64,000 nt of DNA from the NCBI GenBank assembly GCA_963777315.1, contig CAVZQC010000006.1, positions 82,555 to 146,554 on the forward strand. Reading direction: 5' to 3'. This DNA is from Vulcanimicrobiota bacterium (GTDB taxonomy: Bacteria; Vulcanimicrobiota; Vulcanimicrobiia; Vulcanimicrobiales; Vulcanimicrobiaceae). Shown here piece by piece: positions 19,547-30,223 of this stretch (its first letter is position 1; every line of letters begins with the position of its first letter). The notes under the pieces were generated by a model, which saw only the letters and a list, made by a program, of their open reading frames with translations, searched no databases and was not told the DNA's origin. Made by a program: the position numbers and the translations under genes.

Positions 19547-20897
19547 CCGCCCCGATTCATCCGCGACGAACACGCCGCTGGGCACGACGACCGGCGAGGC
19601 GTAACTGTATCCGACGGTCGGGCTTTGCCAAAGCACCTTCCCGGAATCGGGATCCAAAGCCGCAATGCTTTGATCGAGCGTCGCAAACGCGACGCCGTTC
19701 GCGATCGCGGCATAACCCAAATCCGCGGTGTTCATGGCAATTTTCCACTTCACCGCGCCTTGCAGCGAGAGTCCGAAGAGGGTGCCGCCGGGAAGGCCGT
19801 TATAGGTGTCCGGATCGTGCACGTAGCCGCCGCCCACGATCAGCGTTTGACCCGCAATCGCGGGCGTGGCGAATCCGCCCGCACCGAGCGGGGCGCCCAG
19901 ACTCGTCGCCCAGAGCAGCCGGCCGGTTTGAAGATTTACTGCGTAGAGCGAGCCGTTCTTTCCGACTGCATACCCGTTTCCACCGTACGCGAGCACGGTG
20001 CCGCCCACATCCAAGTCCTCCAAAGCCGGTTCGGTATTGACGTGCCACACTTCGGTCAGCCCCGTGTTGAGCGAAACGATCGCGTTGGCTTCGTCGGGTG
20101 TTTGCGTGCACGTGTTGCCGCTGCCGAACACGATTTGGCCGCCGTAATACGTGAGACCGGACCAGATCCCGCCTCCGTCGCTTTGCGCGCCGGGAGAGGT
20201 GGTCCAGGAGAATCTCGGTTGACCGGTGCGTTCGTCAAACGCGTAAACGCCGCCCGCGCGGCAATAGCCGTCGTCGCCAAGTGAGACGGGAACGTAGAGC
20301 GTGCCGTTGCCGGCAATTGGCGAACCGTGCAGCCCCCCAGGAACCGACTGCGACCACAGCTGTTTTCCGGTGCTCGGATCCAGCGCCGTGATCGCATAGT
20401 TTCGATCGGACGCATCGTTCTGCTGGCTTCCCAAAAACAATATTCCATCGTACAGCGCCGGCGTCATTTTCGTTTCGTCCGAATCGTCGAGCTGATACGT
20501 CCACTTCACGTTTCCGGTAGCCGCATCCAAGGCAACGGCCAATCCGTTGAGGTCGACCGCATACACGACCCCGCTCACGACGATCGGACTCGCCTCGAAG
20601 CTGCCCGTACTATGGTACGTCCAATTCGAGCTGCAGGCTCGACACCGTCTGCTTGTCGATCCCCGTCGGCAACGACTCGGTGCTCGTGCGCTGCAGGTCG
20701 TGCGCGAACGTAATCCAGTCGTCGCCTTGGGCAAGCGACATGCCTGCGAAGGGCGGCCCCGCCGTTCCCGTCGGCCTCGGCGCGGGCGTCGCCGCCGCCT
20801 GGGGCGAAGCGCTCGTGCCGCCGCCCCCGCCGCAGCTTGCCAGCGCAACGCACACGATCATATAAGCCGCGCAGCGAGCAATCACGGTGCTTTTCAC
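19415..20897 (-). CDS. Lipoprotein with PQQ-like beta-propeller (frameshift near 20628)
   Basis: Lipobox LASC followed by GGGGG, DWITFAHDLQR, and repeated ALD..(T/S)GK..W blades. Confidence 0.8.
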
Positions 20898-20984
20898 GGC
20901 CGCCGATCTTCGCCTCCGCGCTGCGTTTCCTTTCCAAGGTCTCTAGCAGGCGCTCCCTGTCGCGCCCGGAATGAGCCGCCCCAA

Positions 20985-23318
20985 GTGTACCGAACGGCGT
21001 TGCGGTTGAACCATCGCAAGATTTCGGACCTCACCGCGCTGGTCTGCGTTCTCGGATTCGCCGCCTGGTTTTCATCCGGGGCGCCGATCCTGCGTCACGA
21101 CTGGCCCTCGCCCCATCCGGCCGTCGGAACGATGGTCGCCGCACTGTCCGGGTGGGACCCGGTCGGGATGGGCGCCCCGGTCGGCTACCCATCGTCCTTT
21201 ATCGCCGCGGCGGTTCAGTACGGCGTACTGAACGCATTCGGACCGTACGCCGGCACGCTGGTCTGGCAGATCTTCATCGCGTCGGTTTGTGCGTTTGGAG
21301 CGCAATCGTGCGCGCGCGTCTTTTCCACCTCTTGGAGCGCGCAAGCGGCGGCCGCGATCTTCGCCCTGTTCAATCCGTGGGTATACAACCAAGTCGTGGC
21401 CGGACATGCGTTCATGCTGCTCAGCTACGGCGGAACGTTTTGGCTTGCCCGCGAGGCGCTGTCGCCGACGAGCGAACTGCGGCTGATCGTCTCCGGATTG
21501 CTGATCGCGCCGCAAATCCAGTTTTTCGCGATAGAGTGGCCGCTGCTGCTGTTCGTCGCCGTACGCGACCGGCGACTACGAGCCCTGACCGCATGGGTGC
21601 TGCTGTCATTACCAATCGTCGTGGGCATGTTCGCCACGCGGACGATCTTGGCGGGCACGCCGCTGACGATTGCGTGGGAACGTCTCCAATCGATCGATCC
21701 GGTGAAGGCGCTTTTGCTGCTCGGCTATTTCCCGCATTACGCGCTGTTCGACGGCGTCGCACGAGCAGCAGATTGGGCGGTATTCGGCTGTGCCGCCCTG
21801 GGCGCAGTCCTTGTGTTCGCGAAGGCTCGCCGGTTCTGGCCCCTTCCCGCGCTGACGGCGCTCGCGATTGCCATTGCCGTCGGTTTCAACGCTCCTTGGC
21901 ACGCAGCCGTACGGTGGGCGTTCGCAAGCGTTCCCGAAACCGGATTGCTGCGAGAGTTGTACGGGGTTCTCGGGTTAGCGGCGGTCGGATACGTTCTGCT
22001 TTGCGCATTTCTGGCCGGACGCGCGCGCTACGCGGGTGTTGCGTGGGCTGCCGCATCGCTGTGTCTGCTCGCAGGGTGGATCGCTCGACCGCCGGCCACG
22101 TATTGGGTGGCCGCCGGCAACGTTCCGAGTGTAGCGGTCGACCAAGAACCCAACTCGCGCTTCGCCCTGCTGCCGGCCTTTCAGCCCATGCAATACCGCG
22201 GGCGCGGTTCGGGGATCGATCCCGACTCGTATTCACGCGCCGCCAATATCACGCCGCTCAACGAGTTTCTCGCATCGTATCCGGTCGCGGCTGCGTTCGG
22301 CCGCTATTTGCGCGATCGCGACGCGCGCTATCTCGCCGCGCTGAGCGTCGCCCGCGTTTATGGCAGGCCGTATTTGCAAAGCAATCTGTCCGATCTGCGG
22401 TATCAATGGTCCTTTCAAGATGCGCGCACGATTGCGCGCTTGCGTGCAACTGGCCTTCCCGCTCTTTCGGTTTTGCGGTATCTGCCCGAACTGACCGTAT
22501 CCGCAATGCCGGCGGTCGGCGCACTCGACACGAACATCGGCGCGGGCAACGTTCTCTTTTCCGACGCCCGCAGCGTGCGTGGTCCGTACGTCCCGCAGAA
22601 GTGGAAAACGTTTGGCGCCATCTTTGCCACCAAAGCGCCCAACGTCTACGTCAAGGCGAAGGACGGCTGGGTCGACGCCCGCCTGGCCTTTGCCGAGCGG
22701 CCGGAACTGGCGCAAACGTTCGGCGGCGCGCTCACCACGAATCCGCGCGCGCTGCTGCGCATCGTTCCGCGGCACGAAGCGCTGGTCTGGATCGACGGGG
22801 CGCTGCTGGCGGGCAACGGACGCCGCTTGAGTGGTGGAACGAGCGGCTACGCGTGGATCGAAATTCCGGTTGGAGTATCGGCCGTCCGCTGCATAGGAAC
22901 GTGCGTCGTGGCGGCGCAAGGCGATCCGCCGCACGTACCTGCCAACCCGCCGCCGCATGCCACTCGCGAAACACCGTTCGTTGCCTGGACTCCCTGGCTC
23001 ACCGTTGCAACGTTACCGCCGTCACCCGTGCGGCTGCTGCGCTACAACGTCGCATACGATTCCCACTGGATGGCGCTGCTTGCCGGGACGGCCTTGCCGC
23101 ACGTGCGCGTAGACGGCATCGTGAACGGCTGGATCGCACCCCCGCATGCGCGGCCCTTGCGCGTTCTTATCGTAGAATCCGGCGCGGCTGCAACGTCCGC
23201 GGCCGAAGCGCTGTGCGTCATCGGTCTGCTCGCGCTCATTTTCGTGGAGCTGCGCGTTTGGATCCGGGCGTCAGGGCTTTACCGCAATGCGGCCCGTGTA
23301 ATCGATCCGGTTCAATAA
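20985..23318 (+). CDS. Multi-TM GT-C-like protein (AftD/DUF3367/YfhO-like)
   Basis: SGWDPVGMG loop, AAIFALFNPWVY, and a YfhO-like tail YNVAYDSHW..HVRVDGIVNGW. Start is uncertain. Confidence 0.65.
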   Translation: MYRTALRLNHRKISDLTALVCVLGFAAWFSSGAPILRHDWPSPHPAVGTMVAALSGWDPVGMGAPVGYPSSFIAAAVQYGVLNAFGPYAGTLVWQIFIASVCAFGAQSCARVFSTSWSAQAAAAIFALFNPWVYNQVVAGHAFMLLSYGGTFWLAREALSPTSELRLIVSGLLIAPQIQFFAIEWPLLLFVAVRDRRLRALTAWVLLSLPIVVGMFATRTILAGTPLTIAWERLQSIDPVKALLLLGYFPHYALFDGVARAADWAVFGCAALGAVLVFAKARRFWPLPALTALAIAIAVGFNAPWHAAVRWAFASVPETGLLRELYGVLGLAAVGYVLLCAFLAGRARYAGVAWAAASLCLLAGWIARPPATYWVAAGNVPSVAVDQEPNSRFALLPAFQPMQYRGRGSGIDPDSYSRAANITPLNEFLASYPVAAAFGRYLRDRDARYLAALSVARVYGRPYLQSNLSDLRYQWSFQDARTIARLRATGLPALSVLRYLPELTVSAMPAVGALDTNIGAGNVLFSDARSVRGPYVPQKWKTFGAIFATKAPNVYVKAKDGWVDARLAFAERPELAQTFGGALTTNPRALLRIVPRHEALVWIDGALLAGNGRRLSGGTSGYAWIEIPVGVSAVRCIGTCVVAAQGDPPHVPANPPPHATRETPFVAWTPWLTVATLPPSPVRLLRYNVAYDSHWMALLAGTALPHVRVDGIVNGWIAPPHARPLRVLIVESGAAATSAAEALCVIGLLALIFVELRVWIRASGLYRNAARVIDPVQ

Positions 23319-24023
23319 AATGTGCGTGCCGGTTTCGCGGAAATACTCGTCGACGGCTTCGCGAGCTCCCTGCCAGTGTCCGTAATCGTCGATGATGAGC
23401 ACGCCGCCGGGTGCGAGCAGCGGAAAAAGGTGGCGCAGTTCGTGTTTGGTCGATTCGTACCAATCCGTGTCCAGCCGCAGCAGCGCGATGCGATCGGGAA
23501 TGGTTCGCGGAATCGTTTCTTCGACTTTGCCTTGGACGAATGAGATTTTTTCCGCGGGATATCCGACGGCCAGAACGTTCCGCCGCACGTCTTCCAGCGA
23601 CGCGTAGCACCATACCGATTCCGTGCGCTTCGGCGTCGACTCCAAAAGCCGGGTTGCGGATTCTCCGCTGAAAGCGCGGTCCCGCTGCGTCGGCGCGGAC
23701 ATTCCTTCGAACGTATCGTACAGGTACATGTGCCGTGAAAAATCGCCCAGCCGCAGCAGCATCGAGAGCGCGGCCATCGAGCTGCCTCCGCGCCAGACGC
23801 CGCACTCGACGAAGTCGCCGGGAATCCCCGCCGATGTAACGTAGCGTACCGCCTCGCAGAGCGCGTTGATGCGTTCGATCGACGTCATCGTAAAGGGGCG
23901 AACCGCTGCGTCGACTTGCTTCACGTCGTCGCAGAGGTCCACCGGCTGGGCCGCAACGACGTCATAACCGAAACGGCGAAACACCGATCGCAATCTATCC
24001 TGCACGGGCCGTCTCGACGTCAT
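23271..24023 (-). CDS. TylF/MycF/NovP-family sugar O-methyltransferase
   Basis: GDFVECGVWRGGS, DTFEG, LLRLDTDWYEST and IIDDYGHW. Confidence 0.93.
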   Translation of the reverse strand: MTSRRPVQDRLRSVFRRFGYDVVAAQPVDLCDDVKQVDAAVRPFTMTSIERINALCEAVRYVTSAGIPGDFVECGVWRGGSSMAALSMLLRLGDFSRHMYLYDTFEGMSAPTQRDRAFSGESATRLLESTPKRTESVWCYASLEDVRRNVLAVGYPAEKISFVQGKVEETIPRTIPDRIALLRLDTDWYESTKHELRHLFPLLAPGGVLIIDDYGHWQGAREAVDEYFRETGTHILLNRIDYTGRIAVKP

Positions 24024-26789
24024 CCGGAAACGCGGTACCGCGCCGAGCGATCGCCACGACCAAACCGGCGGCCACGCACACTACTGCAACGTAACCCGCA
24101 AAAGAGAGCCAACCATATCCGGTCTGCGCCTTCATCAGCAACAGCGCGCCCAACGCCAACGCCACGTCGCACAGCCCTAGTCCGAATATAAACGCGCCGG
24201 CCGTGAGCACCACCGCCACCACCGACCACAGCAAATCACCGCCTGCGAATGCGACGGCCATTGCGGCCAAGAGCGCGGTCCCCAACATCCGCACTACGCG
24301 CTCGTTTTGCCAGCGTACGACGCGTTGACGCGATTGCCACAGCGTATATAGCGCGTAACCCAAAAGCATTGCGACCGAAAGGCAAAAGACGACGTCCAGC
24401 GGATTGTCCCGAATCGTAACCGCAAACGCTGCCGTTACGAGGATCGCGCCAAAGTACGGTGAGCCTCTGCCGAACAGCACCGAATAACGGCCCGTCAACA
24501 ACGCCAGCGCGCCCGCGACGATCGTCAACACGACTACGGCGGCAAACACATGCATCGGTTGTCCCAGAATGCCCAGCAGCCCTTTGTCTTGCGGCCATAG
24601 ATAACTCCAATTGACGAAATCGCGCGTGCCGGCGACGGCGTACTGACACGCCGCCGCCAGCGCGCTGAGCAGCAGCGGATACGGGTTCAGAGCATCAACG
24701 TGATAGAACAGAAACATCGTCACGGCGATGAGGGCCCACCACGTCGAAACGTCGGTGCCGCTGTAACTGAGGAAGAATGCGAAAACGACGCCGGCAACGC
24801 AGGCGAGCACCTGCATCGGCCGCTTTGACGGCGGTACGTTCGATCTGCCAGGATGCGCACGTACTTCACCGCAAACGCTGCGGAAATGGCGCCGAAAACG
24901 ACGAACGTGATCCATGTCGACCACAGCGCCCCCACCCATTGCGGGACGATGTTATACGCCGTGAGGAGCCCCAGCCACGATCCCTCGCCGTAGCGATAGG
25001 AGTGCACGCGAAACGCTAGTGCGGTCTGCGCGAATCTGGGCGGCAAGGCGAGCCATTGCACGAGCACGCAGCCCACGCCCAGCGCCAGCAATCCCAGCGC
25101 TTGAATCACGTTGATCCGCTGTCTGCAATCTTGCGCTAAACGAAGGGCAGGCGGTAACAGGATCAGCGGCAGAAGCGATTCCGAAATAGAACCTGCGGCG
25201 ACCAGCACGATGGCCGAAAAGGTCAGCCGATTGCGAATTGCAAGTCCCATGCCGATTACGGCGAGCAGGGCGGCGACGACTTCGCGATAGCCTGCGGCCA
25301 TCTCGTACAAGGCCATCGGGGAGAGGAGCGTTGCCCAAAACAACAGCACGCGCTGTTCGGTACGCACCGTGGCGCGCGAGAGCAGATACGCAGTGCAGCA
25401 GCCGGCTTCACCGATCAGCAGTTTGAGCGCGCTTGCCGGTATTTCGGAACCGGAGTTCCCCGTAAGCGCGTATACGGCCATCTGCACGGGCGTAACCACC
25501 GATACGAGCATCGGCCAAAGCGGCGTTCCCGCCCACATGAAGGCAGGATTGCCGCTGCCGAAGCTGACGAGATTCGCGAACCGCACCCATACCGGAAAGT
25601 CCCACTGGTCGTGCGTAATAAGAGCCAGTGCGAGAATCACCACGACCGCGCAGGCGGCCGTCCAGCCGTAACCGGCAAACACGGCTCGCGTCAAAGCTGC
25701 TGCAGCGATCAACATCGCCAAAACGACGAGTGCCGCGAGCGCGACGGTCAACGGCAAGCTGTTCGCAACCAAACGCACCGGCGGATCGTAGTGCAAGACC
25801 ACGCCCACGCGCTGAACCGTCCAAAGCGCATTTTTCACGCGCAGCTGTATCTTCCACGTGGTGCTGCGGCACGCCGCCGGGTCGGCAACCGGAAACTCCA
25901 CGCCGGCGGGTTGATAGAGCGGGGTAAAAAAAACCGGAGCGGTGATGTTGGGCGCGTGACTGATCGCCAACGTGCTCACCGTTTTACCATCGAACCACGC
26001 CTGGGCCGATCCGCCTTTCCAGGCGCCCGTCAATGCGCCGATCACGTACAGATCCAGCCGGCACCGCACGCTGCTCTCACCTAAGTGCGAAAATTCGTAC
26101 TGCGGCAAGAACCAGGTGCCGGCCGCCGATTTGCCGGCAACGACGCCGTCGAGTATGGCCGTGTTGTTGGTTCCCGGTTCGACCGATCCGTCGGTTTGGC
26201 GAATTTCGCTGCCCAGCCGCTCGGCACGTTCGCGATGAACGAACGAGCGCACGGCGCCGGGAGAGTCGATGCGAACGTCGTGCACGTGCCAGGTGACGCC
26301 CCGAGCGCGAATCGCCACCCGCCAAAATGCATACGGCCAGGCGTGGCACGGCGGCGCTGCGATCGGCTGCGGACTCCGAAACGGCGCGGTCCAGTGCGCC
26401 GCCCGGCAGCCGTTGAAGCCGACGTCGATGAACGCGCCTCGAGCACGCGCAACCGGTACATCGGAGTCCAGGCGCATCGTAACGGGCGATTGGCCTTCGC
26501 GCATGCCTTCGGTCTCGTATCCTGAAAACACCCACGCGGCCGTCATGCGGCGAACGCGGCTGTCGAAAACCAGGTCGTGTGAGGGCCAATCGATCGCGGC
26601 ATGCGTATACGCGGCGGCTTGGCTTCCCAGGCTCACGAGAGCGTCCGGCCGAGGACGATGGCGTTGCCCGCTTTTGAAGCTGCCCTCCAGCTCCGTACCG
26701 TACGCGACAAGAGCGATGAGCAGCAGCAGCGCAACGGCTATGCGCAACGCTCGATCTCTGTGCAGTATGCGCGCGCCGCTTTGCGCCAA
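23995..26789 (-). CDS. Large membrane protein: extracytoplasmic domain plus GT-C-like multi-TM region (frameshift near 24840)
   Basis: ORFs 24720-26789 and 23995-24939 join into one TM-rich chain; THDQWDFPVW loop. Confidence 0.6.
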
Positions 26790-27778
26790 TCGAATTCACT
26801 CGTCCGTGCGCGCGCTCGAGCGGAAAGCTGCGCCCGGTCCGTTTCTTCCGAGAAAAAACGAACGAGCGCTTCGGAGAACGCCTGCGGTTCGAACGCGCTC
26901 ACGACGATTCCGCCGCCGTCGATCATCCAGCCGATGATCGGCGATGCGATAACCGGAACGCCGTGAGCGAGCGCCTCAATGACGGCCATGCTGCACGCTT
27001 CGTAGCGCGTAGTGGCAAGCATTGCCGCCGCGCCGGCGTATTCGAGCCGGACTTGCGCCGGAGACAGCGGACCCAGAAAAGTAACGCCGGGATGCTTGCG
27101 GGATTTCGTTTCAGCCGCCGTTACACCAACGACGCGCAGTTCCAGATCCGGAACGCGCGAACGCGCCAGGGCAATCGCGGTAAGCGCGACGTCCAGGCCT
27201 TTTTTATACGGATGCGTTCCGACCCAGACGACTCGCCGCGAAGACGAATTCGCAGCGAACTGCGCTTGTGCGGGCGGCTGCGCGCCGTTGACGATGACGG
27301 CGATGTGCCTTGAAAAACCGTACGTCAGCTCGAGCTCGTCCACAACCGTCGGCGAGACGGCGATATGCCGGTCGAACCGGCACGCCAAACGCTGCAGCCA
27401 GGTTTCGATTCGCCGGTAAGCGCGGACGGCAAACGACATGCGAGCCGTAAGGGCCGGAATTTCACATGCGCGCGTGCCGTGCCAGACGATGATGACTTTG
27501 CGAGCCCGGACCATCGCCAGCGCGAACGGCCACGCGTATTCCGCGCCGTTGATCAGAACGACGTCCGCGTTGCGGCTGCGCAATGCGATCAATAAACCGC
27601 CGACGATGTCGCACAGGAGCGGAAAAGAACTCACGAACGTCTTGCGGTCGAATGCCCACACGCGGTGAATGCGCCACGCCGGCCGCGCCGCAGCCAAATG
27701 CTCGGCTAATTCGCGCACGACCGTTTCGATGCCGCCGCGGAACTCGGGCGAATAGCGGCTCGTCAATGCAACGTTCAT
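26738..27778 (-). CDS. GT4 glycosyltransferase
   Basis: GGIETVV, KKGLD and YEACSMAVIEALAHGVPV. Confidence 0.9.
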   Translation of the reverse strand: MNVALTSRYSPEFRGGIETVVRELAEHLAAARPAWRIHRVWAFDRKTFVSSFPLLCDIVGGLLIALRSRNADVVLINGAEYAWPFALAMVRARKVIIVWHGTRACEIPALTARMSFAVRAYRRIETWLQRLACRFDRHIAVSPTVVDELELTYGFSRHIAVIVNGAQPPAQAQFAANSSSRRVVWVGTHPYKKGLDVALTAIALARSRVPDLELRVVGVTAAETKSRKHPGVTFLGPLSPAQVRLEYAGAAAMLATTRYEACSMAVIEALAHGVPVIASPIIGWMIDGGGIVVSAFEPQAFSEALVRFFSEETDRAQLSARARARTSEFDWRKAARAYCTEIERCA

Positions 27779-28659
27779 TGCAGCCTGTGCTTGGTCGTGG
27801 GCTGCGTTTCCCAGCCGCCCGCGTCACGACCCTTCGGGACGTAACCGACGACGAACTTGGCACGAACTTGTTGGAAGATCCAGTGCAATCCGCCGATAGG
27901 ATCTGCGAGCAGCTCCGCCATGAGCGCGCGTAGGCAAGCCGCCGTCCCGGGCTCTTGCGCGCGCGTAAGCAAACCCATCGTGCGCAACTGCGCATAACCG
28001 GCATCGGCTCGCTGGCGCTGAGCCGCAAAATCTCGCGTCACGGTCGCTTCGGAATACAGACACATTGCGGAAGGCTCGTAAACCGCCGCCAAGCCCTGCC
28101 GCGAAGCAAGACATGCTAAATAGGCGTCGTTCGCGATGATGTCCGTGCTCGCGACGTTTTCCAAAAACCACGACTGCCGTACCGCAAAGAAACGGCCGAT
28201 TATCGCTTCTTTGGGAAAGCCCAGCGCACGAACGCGATGCAGGATGTTGCTTCGAAACCGCGCCGCCGGAAAGCGTTGGTGCGTACCGGCGGCGATGACG
28301 CGGCCGCTCGCTGCGACGACGCCCCCCTGCAGCCGGGAACGCAGTATCTCGATGGCACCCCGCATCGGCAGCGCATCGCCGTCGATGAAGACGACTATCG
28401 GCTCGGACGCGGAGCGCGCCGCGCTCACCCATCCGGCAAGTTGTCCGCTGCGCTCGGCCGGCCGCAACATCCGAACGCGCGCGTCGGCGGATGCAAAAGA
28501 ACGCAATATCTCCGGCGAACGATCCGTACTCCAATCGTCGACCGCGACGACTTCGCCGACGACGCGCTCGGAAAGCAGCCGCTCCAACAGCGATGGAAGA
28601 TTTGCTTGTTCGTTGTAAATCGGCACGCCGACGGTAACGGACGCGTTGGGTTCGGGCAT
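27775..28659 (-). CDS. GT2 glycosyltransferase
   Basis: VGVPIYNE, VDDWSTD, FIDGD and QRQR. Confidence 0.88.
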   Translation of the reverse strand: MPEPNASVTVGVPIYNEQANLPSLLERLLSERVVGEVVAVDDWSTDRSPEILRSFASADARVRMLRPAERSGQLAGWVSAARSASEPIVVFIDGDALPMRGAIEILRSRLQGGVVAASGRVIAAGTHQRFPAARFRSNILHRVRALGFPKEAIIGRFFAVRQSWFLENVASTDIIANDAYLACLASRQGLAAVYEPSAMCLYSEATVTRDFAAQRQRADAGYAQLRTMGLLTRAQEPGTAACLRALMAELLADPIGGLHWIFQQVRAKFVVGYVPKGRDAGGWETQPTTKHRLQ

Positions 28660-28719
28660 AGAGATGAAGCCCTATTGGTAGGGCGTCGACTGCTATCCTC
28701 CGAACTCGAGCCAAGCAGC

Positions 28720-29442
28720 ATGGCGAAGCGTCATCGTGTCCCAAAGCGGCGTACAGCTCCTACCGTACCGATTTTTTATCCCGATTGGCTGCTGCTGAGC
28801 GAACTGTCCGCGGACATCGAAGCTGCGCTCGAGCGCTTTGCGACGGGTCGGTTATTGGACGTCGGGTGCGGAGAGTGTCCGTACGCCCGCTGCAACAGCG
28901 CGGTGACGCAGTGGATCGGCTTCGACGCCGATAGTAATTCGTCGGCGGATATTACCGGTTCCATCTATCAGCTTCCCGTTGAAAGCGCGTCGTTCGATAC
29001 CGTGCTGTGCACGCAAGTCTTGGAGCATTTGGAGCGGCCCGTGGATGCATTGCGCGAGCTGCATCGAGTCCTGCGGGCACCGGGCAAGCTGATTTTGAGC
29101 GTACCGCAATATTGGCCGCTGCACGAAGAGCCGCACGATTTCTTTCGTTACACCACACTGGGGTTGAACAGCGTCGTTTCGGCTTGCGGCTTCCGGCTCG
29201 TCGAAATGAAAAGCCAAGGTCGCGGAGCCCGCGTGGCTGGCCAGGCGCTCAACAACGCGATGCTGTGCGCCGGCGATACGTACGCATTCCGCGAGCAGCT
29301 CTGGTTCAAGGCGATGAAAGCGCCGTTCTATCTTTTGGTCAACATCACGTCGGCCTTGCTGGGAACGGTCTTAAAGACTCCGCGCGACGTGCTCAATCAT
29401 CTTATCGTCGCCGAGAAGGCCGAGCCTGCGGAGCCTCTTTAG
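28720..29442 (+). CDS. Class I SAM methyltransferase
   Basis: LLDVGCG, CTQVLEH and HEEPHDFFRYT. Confidence 0.88.
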   Translation: MAKRHRVPKRRTAPTVPIFYPDWLLLSELSADIEAALERFATGRLLDVGCGECPYARCNSAVTQWIGFDADSNSSADITGSIYQLPVESASFDTVLCTQVLEHLERPVDALRELHRVLRAPGKLILSVPQYWPLHEEPHDFFRYTTLGLNSVVSACGFRLVEMKSQGRGARVAGQALNNAMLCAGDTYAFREQLWFKAMKAPFYLLVNITSALLGTVLKTPRDVLNHLIVAEKAEPAEPL

Positions 29443-30223
29443 GATCGGACTTGCGGGCGAAATAGCGGAAGCTGCGCCACCCCTCGCCCACGTCTTCTTC
29501 CACGTAGCGAGCGGGCGCACCGGATTGGGCCAGAAGAGCCAGCACGCTGCTCTTTTTTGCGCCGTGCAACTCCATCGGATGTTCCTGAACCGCCAGCAGC
29601 ATGCCGCTGGGCGCGTTCGGATAGTGGCGACGCAGATACGCTCGCATCAACGGACGCGGAATATACGGAACGAGCGGCACGGCCGCGGCCTTGAGCCACT
29701 TCGAAAAGCGGATCGGATACCGATCCGGCAAGCGAAAGACGACGATCCCGCCGGAGGCCGCAACCCGCGCGAACTCGCGGATATATGCCCTCGCGTATCG
29801 AGGATGCATGTGCTGGAGCACGATGTCGGTGTAAACGAAATCGAACGTTCGGCTTTCGAACGCTCGCAAATCGTCGGCCGCGTTCAACACGAACCGGCAG
29901 TTTGCAATGCCGGAATTCAAGCGCCGCGCCTTTGCGATCATGGACGGAGCGATGTCGACGCCCGTTACGGCATCGAAACGGCGCGCCAGAGCGCGGGAAA
30001 GCCGGCCCAGGCCGCACCCGAAGTCCAAGGCATGACGACGGCTCGCATCAGGAAAGAGTCTCGCGACCGTTTGCATCACAGCGTCGACTTCGCGTTCTCC
30101 GGTTGAATAAAACTCCGCCTCGTTCCATCCGTGCCCCAGCTTCGAGGGTTCGCTCAACACGGCCCACATGGGATCGAGCTCGCCGAGCTTGTCCCAGTTC
30201 TGCTGCAGGCTGCGTAAATTCAA
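29402..30223 (-). CDS. Class I SAM methyltransferase
   Basis: ALDFGCGLGR, GVDIA and VLQHM. TTGA overlap start. Confidence 0.88.
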   Translation of the reverse strand: MNLRSLQQNWDKLGELDPMWAVLSEPSKLGHGWNEAEFYSTGEREVDAVMQTVARLFPDASRRHALDFGCGLGRLSRALARRFDAVTGVDIAPSMIAKARRLNSGIANCRFVLNAADDLRAFESRTFDFVYTDIVLQHMHPRYARAYIREFARVAASGGIVVFRLPDRYPIRFSKWLKAAAVPLVPYIPRPLMRAYLRRHYPNAPSGMLLAVQEHPMELHGAKKSSVLALLAQSGAPARYVEEDVGEGWRSFRYFARKSDPKEAPQARPSRRR

